Source: Elusimicrobiales bacterium
GTDB lineage: Bacteria > Elusimicrobiota > Elusimicrobia > Elusimicrobiales > UBA9959
NCBI GenBank assembly: GCA_028713125.1
Contig: JAQTOU010000003.1
Span: 392,703 to 456,702, forward strand
DNA: 64,000 nucleotides
Direction of reading: 5' to 3'
How positions within the stretch are numbered: position 1 is the stretch's first letter; each line of letters begins with the position of its first letter. Below, piece after piece: positions 1-10,714 of the stretch. The position numbers and the translations under genes are program-made. The notes below the pieces were generated by a model that was given only the letters and a program-made list of their open reading frames with translations, was not told the origin of the DNA and ran no database searches.

Positions 1-130
1 CATGAGGATAGGCGGCAAGCGCAAACTTTTCATCCCGCCCTCCCTGGGCTACGGCAAAAGGGGCGCGGGCAGCGTGATCCCGCCCGACGCGGATCTCTGC
101 TTCGAGGTGGAGCTGCTCGGAGTAGAATAA
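1..130 (+). CDS. FKBP-type peptidyl-prolyl cis-trans isomerase, C-terminal fragment (5' end outside window)
   Basis: The frame starting at nt 2 reads [42 protein letters not shown]. This is the canonical FKBP C-terminus (IPP.LGYG..G...IPP.A.L.FEVELL). Stop at 128-130, followed by a hairpin terminator. Confidence 0.75.
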   Translation, partial: MRIGGKRKLFIPPSLGYGKRGAGSVIPPDADLCFEVELLGVE

Positions 131-143
131 ATTCCGTTCAAGC

Positions 144-176
144 AAAAAAAACCCCGGGAAGGCCCGGGGTTTTTTA
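144..176. terminator. Bidirectional rho-independent terminator
   Basis: A-run, then stem ACCCCGGG (151-158), loop AAGG, stem CCCGGGGT (163-170), then T-run. It lies between the convergent FKBP (+) and HEAT-repeat (-) genes. Confidence 0.8.
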
Positions 177-190
177 TGGTTCAGGACTGT

Positions 191-1309
191 TTATTCTCTT
201 TCGATAGGGCTTATATAGACGCCGTTCTCCAGCTTGTAGCCGAGGTGGAAATAGACCTTCAGGTCGGCCAGGTCGGGGGAGGCGGCTTCTATCGCGGCGG
301 CCCGCAGTTCCTGGTCCCGCTCGGAGCGGATCGTGTCGTCTAAAAAGCGCTGGATGGAGGAATCCGCCGCGCCTGAAAGCGCTTTGATGGCGGCGAGGCG
401 CACCGGCTTGCGCTCGTTCGCGTCCTTCGCGAGGTCGAGGAGGAGCTCCCTGACGCGGTAGTTCCCGACCGCCCCGTAAAGGCTTACTATCGCCTCGATC
501 CGGGTATTCTCTTCCTCATTTCCGTATTTTACAAGGTCGGTCAGGAGCTCCTGCGGCCTCGAGTTCTGCGCGCTGGAGAACAGTGCCCAGATAGCGGCCC
601 GCCTGGCGTCGCGGTCTTTTTCATTGTATTTTACGGCGTCGGCCAGGAAATCGGAATAGCGCGAGTTAACGGCGGCGGCCCCGAAGAGGGCTTTGTAGGT
701 CATTATCCGCAGCTCGCGCGGCTGGGTCCCGTATTTAAGCAGCTCGACGAAAGCGTCCGGAACTTTGTAATAGCTGGAAGCGTAAGAAAGGGTCCTCGCG
801 GCTTCTACGCGCACGTCGACGCGCTCATTGGCGTTCTTGAAGATCTCGAGCACCTGCTCGTTGATGTAGCTGTTAAGGATCTGCTTCTTCGCGCTTTTTA
901 CCGCGGCCTTGCGTATTTCGGGATTGGAGTCCGTCAGGAGGTCTTTGAGCTGGCTGGAGGTCATAGCCTTGTTCGTGAAGACCGTCTGGGTGATCGGGCG
1001 CAATATGTGGGTGGCGCAGGCCCCGGCCGGTTCGCCGGTGCTGAAGTCCGGCTTCACGGCGGGCTCCGTCAGTATGGCGCCGCTCTGGCACTTGAAGAAG
1101 CACTTATTGTTCTTGAATTCGGAGAACACGCACATGTCCAGGGTGGTCAGGGGGGGCGTCGGGAAATGGTTCTGCGAATTCTGTATCTGGTTGAGGATCG
1201 AGCCGGCGTCTATGGGCGGCAGCTGCGCGGCCCTGGAAATGTCCGTGCCCGCGATGGCTGAAACCGGGGCAAGGCCGGCCAGCAGCAATATGGATGATAA
1301 TATCTTCAT
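191..1309 (-). CDS. Secreted HEAT/PBS-lyase-like repeat protein
   Basis: 372-aa ORF with signal peptide MKILSSILLLAGLAPVSAIAG. A Cys-rich segment is followed by six or more tandem ~30-aa repeats of the type ..VR..A..AL. (e.g. DVRVEAARTL, ARRAAIWALF, TRIEAIVSLYG, VRLAAIKALSG, ELRAAAIEAAS). SD AGGAGGA lies upstream. Confidence 0.6.
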   Translation of the reverse strand: MKILSSILLLAGLAPVSAIAGTDISRAAQLPPIDAGSILNQIQNSQNHFPTPPLTTLDMCVFSEFKNNKCFFKCQSGAILTEPAVKPDFSTGEPAGACATHILRPITQTVFTNKAMTSSQLKDLLTDSNPEIRKAAVKSAKKQILNSYINEQVLEIFKNANERVDVRVEAARTLSYASSYYKVPDAFVELLKYGTQPRELRIMTYKALFGAAAVNSRYSDFLADAVKYNEKDRDARRAAIWALFSSAQNSRPQELLTDLVKYGNEEENTRIEAIVSLYGAVGNYRVRELLLDLAKDANERKPVRLAAIKALSGAADSSIQRFLDDTIRSERDQELRAAAIEAASPDLADLKVYFHLGYKLENGVYISPIERE

Positions 1310-1439
1310 TGTGAACTTCCTCCTGACCTGTCGGTTTACCTTTAAATCTTATCAAAAGCGCGCGGCTGGCCTTTGGGCCGAACGGCCCTGAGATTGTTGG
1401 TCTTTGTACCTATGATATGCGTCAAGGTAAGCGGCGCTT

Positions 1440-1468
1440 TTCCCAAAGCCGTGCTTTTAGGGTAAAAT
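1440..1468 (+). promoter_or_regulatory. Putative sigma70-type promoter of yceH, leaderless layout
   Basis: -35 TTCCCA (1440-1445), 17-nt spacer, -10 TAAAAT (1463-1468). Only 6 nt (ATTAGC) separate the -10 from the ATG at 1475, and there is no SD. Confidence 0.4.
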
Positions 1469-1474
1469 ATTAGC

Positions 1475-2110
1475 ATGCTCACAGAATTAAACTCGGTCGA
1501 AGCCAGGGTACTGGGATCGCTGGTGGAAAAATCGCTCACCACGCGCGAACAATACCCGCTCACTTTCAATGCCTTGCTGAACGCCTGCAACCAGAAAACA
1601 AGCCGCGAGCCGGTGATGAACCTGGACACGGACGCTATGGGCAGGGCCGTGCAGACCCTTATCGAAAAAGGCCTGATAGAGCGCCTGCAGGCCCCCGGGG
1701 ACCGCGTTCCCAAATTCAGGCACAATATAGACAGGCTGCTGAACAGCGCGGACCCGAAGCTTATCGGGGTAATAACCGTCCTGCTTCTGCGCGGCCCCCA
1801 GACCCCGGGCGAAATAAAAGGCCGCACCGACCGCCTCTGCGAATTTGCCGGAACCGCCGAAGTCGAAGGCCTGCTGCAGGAGCTGTGCGCCAGGGCCGAA
1901 GACCCCCTGGTTGCCCGCCTTCCGCGCCAGGCCGGCCAGAAAGAAGCGCGCTACCAGCATCTTTTCTCCGGCGCCGTACAGTCCGCGCCCGACGAGGCCC
2001 AGGCCGCCGCGCCCGTTCCGTCCGACCGCCTGGCGCAGCTTGAGAAGCGGGTTGAAGCCCTTGAAGCTTTCGTTAAGGCATACGAAGAGAATCTTTCCAA
2101 GCCCGGCTAA
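1475..2110 (+). CDS. yceH: YceH family protein (DUF480/UPF0502)
   Basis: The N-terminus MLTELNSVEARVLGSLVEKSLTTREQYPLTFNALLNACNQKTSREPVMNL closely parallels E. coli YceH ([46 protein letters not shown]). Later LLLRGPQTPGE and ARYQHLFSG motifs also match. 211 aa. Confidence 0.85.
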   Translation: MLTELNSVEARVLGSLVEKSLTTREQYPLTFNALLNACNQKTSREPVMNLDTDAMGRAVQTLIEKGLIERLQAPGDRVPKFRHNIDRLLNSADPKLIGVITVLLLRGPQTPGEIKGRTDRLCEFAGTAEVEGLLQELCARAEDPLVARLPRQAGQKEARYQHLFSGAVQSAPDEAQAAAPVPSDRLAQLEKRVEALEAFVKAYEENLSKPG

Positions 2111-2148
2111 ACAGAGCCGGGCGGCTTTCTCAAGGAACGATCTTAAAA

Positions 2149-2982
2149 ATGGCGAATATATTTATACTTTTCCTCGGCCTGACCTTTACTGTCGCTTCGG
2201 CCGCCAAAGCCCCGGCAGCCAGGTTCGCGGATAAAGAGATGCTCTGCCCCGTGTGCGGGCAGACCTTCTATGCCAGGCTGGACCTGTCGGGGGCGGAGTC
2301 CGAGATGCGCCTGGACCTTAAGCCGCTCGGCGTCGTCAGCTGGCCCTGGCTGCTGCCGGATTGCCCCAAGTGCGGTTTCGTCATCTACAAGCTTTTGCTG
2401 CCCCCGGCCGAGCTGGCGAAGTGCAAACAGATAGTCGCCTCGGAGGAGTATAAAAAAGGCCTTCCGCACAGCTCCTACTACCGGGTCGGGCTGCTCTTCG
2501 ACCAGCTCGGGAAGGGCGATTACAGCGTGGCGACCTCCTTTTTGAAAGCTTCCTGGCAGGAGGAGAACTCTCCCGCGAAGCTGAAAGAGGACCAGGAGCT
2601 GAGCCTTAAATATTTCACAGCCTGCTCGCAGACCTGCGGCGCCGACGAGAAAGAGAACTCCCTGCTCCTGATGGGCGAGCTCCTGCGCCGGCTGGGCCGG
2701 TTCGAGGAGGCCAAAGCGCATTTGGTGAAGCTCCAGGGGATGAAGGGCTTCCAGAAGAACTTTTTCGCCGACATCGTTGAATACCAGCTGCGGCAGTGCG
2801 CGAGAAAGGACTCCTCTCCTCATGAGATGGAGGATGTGAGGGATTTCAAAAGATCGCTCGTGGACTGGATAAAGAACCGCCTCCAGAAACTTTACAGGAC
2901 CGTGCTGGAAGCCGGCGACCGGGAGACGGAAGATTCTCCTCTCTCCAGAAGCCCCGGCCAGGCCGGGGCCGGCATCCGCTGA
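2149..2982 (+). CDS. Hypothetical protein with zinc-ribbon pair and helical (TPR-like) C-terminus, DUF2225-like
   Basis: 277 aa. N-terminal hydrophobic segment, then CPVCG..(40 aa)..CPKCG followed by a helical region. The layout resembles DUF2225. Family assignment is from memory only. Confidence 0.4.
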   Translation: MANIFILFLGLTFTVASAAKAPAARFADKEMLCPVCGQTFYARLDLSGAESEMRLDLKPLGVVSWPWLLPDCPKCGFVIYKLLLPPAELAKCKQIVASEEYKKGLPHSSYYRVGLLFDQLGKGDYSVATSFLKASWQEENSPAKLKEDQELSLKYFTACSQTCGADEKENSLLLMGELLRRLGRFEEAKAHLVKLQGMKGFQKNFFADIVEYQLRQCARKDSSPHEMEDVRDFKRSLVDWIKNRLQKLYRTVLEAGDRETEDSPLSRSPGQAGAGIR

Positions 2983-3021
2983 AGCAGGCGGTCCGCGCGG
3001 GCGGCCGCGCAAAAGGGAACC

Positions 3022-4452
3022 ATGGTAAAACTCTCCGAAGTGAACTCAAAACTGCTCAAGGCGCATTACGCCGTGCGCGGCAAGATCGTGATACGCGCCC
3101 AGGAACTGGAAGAGCAGGGCAAGAAGATAATTTACTGCAATATCGGCAACCCGCAGGCGCTGAAACAGAAGCCGATAACTTTCATCAGGCAGGTGCTGAG
3201 CCTGCTCGAATACCCGGCGCTGATGGATAAACCCGGCGCGGAGAAACTTTTCCCGGCCGACGTCATACGGCGTGCGCGGATGATCCTGGAGAAGAACCCT
3301 TCCGGCACCGGGGCCTATACGCAGAGCGCCGGCATCCCTTTCATCCGCAAGGCCATCGCGGAATTCATCGAGAAGCGCGACGGCATCCCCGCCGACCCCA
3401 ACCGCATCATGCTCACCGAGGGGGCGAGCAAGGGCGTGCATACCGTTTTCACGCTTCTGACCAATAAAGAGAACGACGGGTACCTGATACCGATACCGCA
3501 ATACCCGCTTTACAGCGCCGCGATAGAGCTTTACGGGGCCAGGCAGGTGAACTACTTCCTGGACGAGAAGAACCGCTGGAGCCTGGACGAGGCGGAGCTG
3601 GAGCGCAGCATAGAGGGCGCGAAAAAGTCCGGCATAAACCCGGTGGCGATAACCGTGATCAACCCGGGCAACCCTACCGGCGCGGTGCTTTCCAGGAAGA
3701 ATATCGGCATGGTCATACGCTTCGCGAAGAAGCACGGCCTGGCCATCATAGCCGACGAAGTTTACCAGGACAATGTTTACGGCGAAGGCCTGGAGTTCGT
3801 TTCCTTCGCCAAAGTGATGCACGACCTGGGCGAGAAGGACGTGACGCTGTTCAGCCTGCATTCCGTTTCAAAGGGCTTCCTGGGCGAGTGCGGGCACCGC
3901 GGCGGCTACCTGGAAATACGCAATATGCCGGACGACGTGTACGCCGAAGTGATAAAGCTGCTGTCCATAGGCCTCTGCGCCAACGTCGACGGGCAGCTGG
4001 TAACCTATCTTATGACGGCCCCGCCGCGGCCGGGCGAGGAGAGCTATGAGCTTTACGCCGCCGAGAAGGCCGCGATACTCGGCGACCTCAAGGAAAAAGC
4101 CGGAATTCTGGGCAAAGGCCTTAACGAGATAGAGGGCATGCAGGTCGACGTCCCCGAAGGCGCGATGTACGCCTTCGTCAAATTCGACCTCCCGCATCCG
4201 AAGGGCATAAACCCCGAAGCCATGACCGCCGAAGAGCGGCATAAATACGAGGCCGCGCGGGACGCCAAGTACTGCCTGCGGCTCCTGGAGGGCACCGGCA
4301 TCTGCGTCGTGCCCGGCTCCGGCTTCGGCCAACATCCCGGAACGCTGCATTTCCGCACCACCTTCCTGCCGCCAAAGGAAGATATCCTGGCGCTGGTGGA
4401 GAAGATGAAGAAGTTCCACGCTTCGTACGTAGCCAAGCTGCAGGAAGCCTGA
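3022..4452 (+). CDS. Class I pyridoxal-phosphate aminotransferase, alanine aminotransferase (ALT)-like
   Basis: 476 aa. IYCNIGNPQAL...ITFIRQVL N-terminal signature of ALT-type enzymes. PLP-lysine motif SVSKGFLGECGHRGGY. NPGNPTG motif. Confidence 0.85.
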   Translation: MVKLSEVNSKLLKAHYAVRGKIVIRAQELEEQGKKIIYCNIGNPQALKQKPITFIRQVLSLLEYPALMDKPGAEKLFPADVIRRARMILEKNPSGTGAYTQSAGIPFIRKAIAEFIEKRDGIPADPNRIMLTEGASKGVHTVFTLLTNKENDGYLIPIPQYPLYSAAIELYGARQVNYFLDEKNRWSLDEAELERSIEGAKKSGINPVAITVINPGNPTGAVLSRKNIGMVIRFAKKHGLAIIADEVYQDNVYGEGLEFVSFAKVMHDLGEKDVTLFSLHSVSKGFLGECGHRGGYLEIRNMPDDVYAEVIKLLSIGLCANVDGQLVTYLMTAPPRPGEESYELYAAEKAAILGDLKEKAGILGKGLNEIEGMQVDVPEGAMYAFVKFDLPHPKGINPEAMTAEERHKYEAARDAKYCLRLLEGTGICVVPGSGFGQHPGTLHFRTTFLPPKEDILALVEKMKKFHASYVAKLQEA

Positions 4453-4475
4453 GCCGCGCCGAAAGCGCGAAAGAA

Positions 4476-4501
4476 GAAGCCCGGCCGCCCGGGCTTCTTT
4501 T
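4476..4501 (+). terminator. Rho-independent terminator after the aminotransferase gene
   Basis: Stem GAAGCCCGG (4476-4484) / CCGGGCTTC (4489-4497), followed by TTTT. Confidence 0.7.
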
Positions 4502-4533
4502 CCGAGAGCCGGAAAATAGTAAAATCACTCCTG

Positions 4534-5793
4534 ATGTTAAAGTTCCTCGCGGACCTCAAGAACAGCCGGCATAAGCGCGTTTTCGGCGGGCTGGAGATAC
4601 TTAAATATATCGGCCCGGGGCTGATAGTCACCGTCGGGTTCATAGACCCGGGGAACTGGGCCTCGAACCTGGCCGCGGGGTCCTCCTACGGCTATACGCT
4701 GCTCTGGATGGTCACGCTCTCCACGCTGATGCTGGTCGTCCTGCAGCATAACGTGGCCCACCTGGGCATAGCCACCGGGCTGTGCCTGAGCGAAGCGGCG
4801 CAAAAATACCTCCCGCGGGCGCTTTCAAGGCCCCTGCTCTGGTCCGCCATGGCCGCTTCCGTTTCCACCTCCCTTGCCGAGATCCTCGGCGGCGCGCTGG
4901 CGCTGCAGATGCTTTTCAAGATCCCGGTCAAGATAGGCGCCGTGCTGGTCGCGGCCCTGGTGCTTTACCTGCTTTTTTCCAACACTTACCGCAGGCTGGA
5001 AAAATGGATCATCGGTTTCGTTTCCCTGATCGGGCTCTCCTTTATTTACGAGCTCAAGCTCGCCGGCGTGGACTGGGGCCTGGCCGCCTCCGGCTGGGTC
5101 ACGCCCGCCCTGCCGGACGGTTCCATGCTGATAGTCATGAGCGTGCTCGGGGCCGTGGTCATGCCCCACAACCTCTTCCTGCACTCGGAGATAATACAGA
5201 GCCGTCAGTGGAACCTGGAGGACGACAAGGTCATAAGGAAACAGCTGAAGTACGAGTTCCTGGACACGCTTCTTTCGATGATGATCGGCTGGGCCATAAA
5301 CAGCGCGATGATAATCATGGCAGCCGCCACTTTCTTCGCCGCGGGCGCGCAGGTGAGCGAGCTGAGCCAGGCCAAAGAGATGCTGATCCCGCTGCTGGGG
5401 AGGTCCTCCGGGCTGGTTTTCGCCGTGGCCCTGCTTTTTTCCGGCATCGCCTCCAGCGTCACCTCCGGCATGGCCGGCGGGTCCATCTTCGCCGGGATCT
5501 ATTCGGAGCCGCTCAACCTGAAGGACGCCCACAGCAGGCTCGGCGTCTGCATTTCGATACTTGCCGCTCTTCTCCTGATATTTTTTATTTCCGACCCGTT
5601 CAGGGGGCTGATAATTTCGCAGATGGCGCTCAGCGTGCAGCTGCCTTTCACTATTTTCCTGCAGTTCTACCTGACCTCCTCTAAAAAAGTGATGGGCCGC
5701 TACGCGAACGACAAGTGGGATATGCTGCAGCTTGGCGCCGTCGTCCTGGCGGTCAGCTTCCTTAATATTAAACTTCTGCTGAGCCTTTTCTGA
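4534..5793 (+). CDS. mntH: NRAMP-family divalent metal (Mn2+/Fe2+) transporter
   Basis: 419 aa, polytopic. Hallmark GPGLIVTVGFIDPGNWASNL (DPGN) and MPHNLFLHS motifs. Confidence 0.9.
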   Translation: MLKFLADLKNSRHKRVFGGLEILKYIGPGLIVTVGFIDPGNWASNLAAGSSYGYTLLWMVTLSTLMLVVLQHNVAHLGIATGLCLSEAAQKYLPRALSRPLLWSAMAASVSTSLAEILGGALALQMLFKIPVKIGAVLVAALVLYLLFSNTYRRLEKWIIGFVSLIGLSFIYELKLAGVDWGLAASGWVTPALPDGSMLIVMSVLGAVVMPHNLFLHSEIIQSRQWNLEDDKVIRKQLKYEFLDTLLSMMIGWAINSAMIIMAAATFFAAGAQVSELSQAKEMLIPLLGRSSGLVFAVALLFSGIASSVTSGMAGGSIFAGIYSEPLNLKDAHSRLGVCISILAALLLIFFISDPFRGLIISQMALSVQLPFTIFLQFYLTSSKKVMGRYANDKWDMLQLGAVVLAVSFLNIKLLLSLF

Positions 5794-6467
5794 TGAAGAA
5801 AGAAGCGCTTTTGAAGCTGATAGGAGATTCCGCATTGCCGGCCGCGCTGAAATCCTATTTGGGCTCCGTGCTGGTTAAGAAACTTCCCTCATCCCTGAGA
5901 GAGGCGCTCAAAAAGGAGCCGGAAGCGTTCCTGGCGGGGACAGCCGGCCTTTTGCGCGAGGCCGGGCTGGCGCTCGGCTGCTCCGGAGAGGAGGCGCTGG
6001 CCCGGAGCGGCTTTGACGCGACTAATTTGGCCGCGGACAGGCTTGAGGCGGCCCTGGCCGAACTGCTGGCGCTGGTTTTCCTTCGCTCCGAGGGTTTTTC
6101 CTCGCTGGGATTCATAGGCCGCGGCATAGGCAAAACGGCGGATATTTCTGCGGAGCGCGGCGGGCTGCATTACGCTTTCGAGGTCTGTTCCGCGCGGACG
6201 GCGGCCGGAGCGCTCTCGGTGGATTTCCTGGAGCTTAAGTACGATAAGAAGATCAGGCAGGCCCAAGCCTCCAGCAAGAAGCGCGGGCCGGGCCGCGCCT
6301 GCCTGGTGCTGGCCGCCGGGTCTTTGTCTTTTCCGGGTTTCGCCCCGGACGAAAAGCTGGCCGGGCTGGCCCGCGGTCTCTACGAGCGGAAGAACCGGCC
6401 CCCGCGCACGCATATCTGCCTGCTCGCCGGCGGCCGCGCGGAGGTTTTTCCGCCCTGGGAAGCCTGA
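5793..6467 (+). CDS. Hypothetical protein, translationally coupled to mntH
   Basis: 224-aa Ala/Leu-rich ORF. Its ATG overlaps the mntH TGA by 1 nt (TGATG). No family recognised. Confidence 0.5.
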   Translation: MKKEALLKLIGDSALPAALKSYLGSVLVKKLPSSLREALKKEPEAFLAGTAGLLREAGLALGCSGEEALARSGFDATNLAADRLEAALAELLALVFLRSEGFSSLGFIGRGIGKTADISAERGGLHYAFEVCSARTAAGALSVDFLELKYDKKIRQAQASSKKRGPGRACLVLAAGSLSFPGFAPDEKLAGLARGLYERKNRPPRTHICLLAGGRAEVFPPWEA

Positions 6468-6554
6468 CGGGGGCCCTGGCGGTACCGGCCCCTTTGACGG
6501 CGTTCCCTTAAGGATAGTATTATAATTAAGCTTCAGGGCTTAAGGGACACAAGA

Positions 6555-8372
6555 ATGAAGACGATCTACCTTTCTGTTTTTTTCCTCGGCGCGTATATCT
6601 GCGGCCCGGGCCCGCTCCGCGCACAGGAAAGCCTGCTTACAAAAAGCATAGCGGGGAATTCTAGGATCGTATATTCAGTCGCTTTTTCGCCTGACGGGAA
6701 GTATATCGCTTCCGGCGGGGTGGACAATACCGTGAAACTCTGGAGTTTCGAGGACGGCTCGCTGGTTAAAGAGTTCAAAGGCCACAGGAACTTCGTGAAC
6801 TCGGTAGCGTTCTCCCCGGACGGGAAAAGCCTCGTCTCCGCCAGCGAAGACGGGACCGTGAAGCTCTGGAGCATGGAAAGCGGGGCCTGCCTTGGAACCC
6901 TGAAGGGGCACAAAGATTCGGTCTGGTCGGCGGCTTTCTTCCCCGACGGCCGGCGCGTAGTATCGGGAGGCACCGACGGGGTGATCAGGATCTGGGGCGG
7001 GGACTCTAAAACCCCCGGCAGGACCATAAAGGGCCACTCCGGCTATATCTATTCGGTTTCCATAACGGAAGACGGCAAGCTCCTCGCTTCGGCGGGCGCG
7101 GGCCGCACCATAAAGATCTGGGACGCCGAAACCGGCGCCCATAAAATGACCCTCGAGGGGCACGGCTCCGCTGTCAATTCCACGGCTTTCTCGAAGAACG
7201 GGGAGTACCTGGCCTCCGGGAGCGACGACGGCTCCGTCAAGGTCTGGCGGGTAAGCGACGGCGTCTGCGTGAAGACTTTCTCCGCCGGCCAGCAGCCCGT
7301 CCTCGCCGTGGCGTATTCGCCCGACGGCGCCTATGTTTTTTCCGGCGGCGGCGACCGGACGATAAACGCGTGGAACATCGCCAAAGGCGTGTCCGCGAGG
7401 ACCTTCCAGGGGCATAACGGCTCGGTAAAGTCCCTTTCTTTCTCCGCCGACGGGAAATACCTCGCTTCCGGCAGCTTCGACAAGACCATAAAGATCTGGC
7501 TGACGCCCTGGGAAGCCGAGGCGCGGAACAAGGAAATACAAAGAGCGGCCGCGGCGGAGGCCGAGAACAACAAGAACTATTCGCTCCATTATGAAGCCGG
7601 GCTCGCGCTCCTGGCCTCGCCGAATCCTTTAAAGCTGAAAAAAGCGCCCGAAGAATTCAGGCTGGCTCTTTCCTTCAAAAAAAGCGCCGACGGAGAGGAA
7701 AAGCTCGCGGAGGCGGTCAAGGCTTGGGGCAAGAAGGAACAGGAACTGAGGAAATTAGGGAGCCTGGGGACGGCGGGCCTCCTGGTCTTTTTCGTAATTT
7801 TCACGGCCTGGAAAGTGATCTCGGGGACGAAGTACAAAGCGAGGCTGAGAGAAACTTTGCCGGGAGAGATAAAAAGAGAAACTATGATGGGCGGCTATGA
7901 GAACGCCCTTAGACTGTACTCTAAATACAAGGCTATCGGCGGAAAAAAAGAAAACCTGCCGCAGGCGGAGCTCCTGGATCTTTTCAAAGGTCTGCAGACC
8001 CTTGAAGAGCTGCCCAAAGAAGACCTTCCTTATACGTTCTTCCTGTCCTACGCCGATAAATTCGTGAAAGAGGGCAATTTCAAGATGGCGCAAAGCATGC
8101 TGCGCTCCGGCAAGCTGCTCGACCTCTTCACGAAGCCCGGAGACTATGACGAGTTCGTCGCTCTGTACGAGGAGGCCCGCAGGCCAGAGAACATGCTTAT
8201 GATAAAGCTCGAGCCCGGAACCTATACCGGTCTCGCCGAAGCTTTCTTTAAAGCCAAAAGATACGACTGCTGCGAGAAAGTCTGCGGTCTGAAAACGCAG
8301 TTCCACGCGAAGCAGGTTTCGGCCAGGGACAAAGAGCTTTTAGCCGCCTCCCTGAAAGAAAAGGCCGCTTAG
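6555..8372 (+). CDS. WD40 beta-propeller protein with signal peptide, TM helix and helical C-terminal domain
   Basis: 605 aa. Signal-like N-terminus MKTIYLSVFFLGAYICGPGPLRAQE. Seven WD40 blades (SVAFSPDGKYIASGGVDNTVKLWS and six similar). Coiled segment, TM helix LGTAGLLVFFVIFTAWKVI, then a ~190-aa helical domain. Confidence 0.8.
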   Translation: MKTIYLSVFFLGAYICGPGPLRAQESLLTKSIAGNSRIVYSVAFSPDGKYIASGGVDNTVKLWSFEDGSLVKEFKGHRNFVNSVAFSPDGKSLVSASEDGTVKLWSMESGACLGTLKGHKDSVWSAAFFPDGRRVVSGGTDGVIRIWGGDSKTPGRTIKGHSGYIYSVSITEDGKLLASAGAGRTIKIWDAETGAHKMTLEGHGSAVNSTAFSKNGEYLASGSDDGSVKVWRVSDGVCVKTFSAGQQPVLAVAYSPDGAYVFSGGGDRTINAWNIAKGVSARTFQGHNGSVKSLSFSADGKYLASGSFDKTIKIWLTPWEAEARNKEIQRAAAAEAENNKNYSLHYEAGLALLASPNPLKLKKAPEEFRLALSFKKSADGEEKLAEAVKAWGKKEQELRKLGSLGTAGLLVFFVIFTAWKVISGTKYKARLRETLPGEIKRETMMGGYENALRLYSKYKAIGGKKENLPQAELLDLFKGLQTLEELPKEDLPYTFFLSYADKFVKEGNFKMAQSMLRSGKLLDLFTKPGDYDEFVALYEEARRPENMLMIKLEPGTYTGLAEAFFKAKRYDCCEKVCGLKTQFHAKQVSARDKELLAASLKEKAA

Positions 8373-8403
8373 CCGTCACCGCAGGCCGCTGATTTTGCAG
8401 TAG

Positions 8404-10653
<2,250 letters not shown>

Positions 10654-10672
10654 TATCAGGCGCGGCGTGACA

Positions 10673-10714
10673 AATAACCGGAAAGTTCCAGCCTGGGCTT
10701 TCCGGTTATTTTTT
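10673..10714. terminator. Bidirectional terminator between icd (+) and the TPR membrane protein gene (-)
   Basis: Perfect 13-bp stem AATAACCGGAAAG (10673-10685) / CTTTCCGGTTATT (10698-10710), followed by TTTT. It overlaps the stop of the minus-strand gene. Confidence 0.75.
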
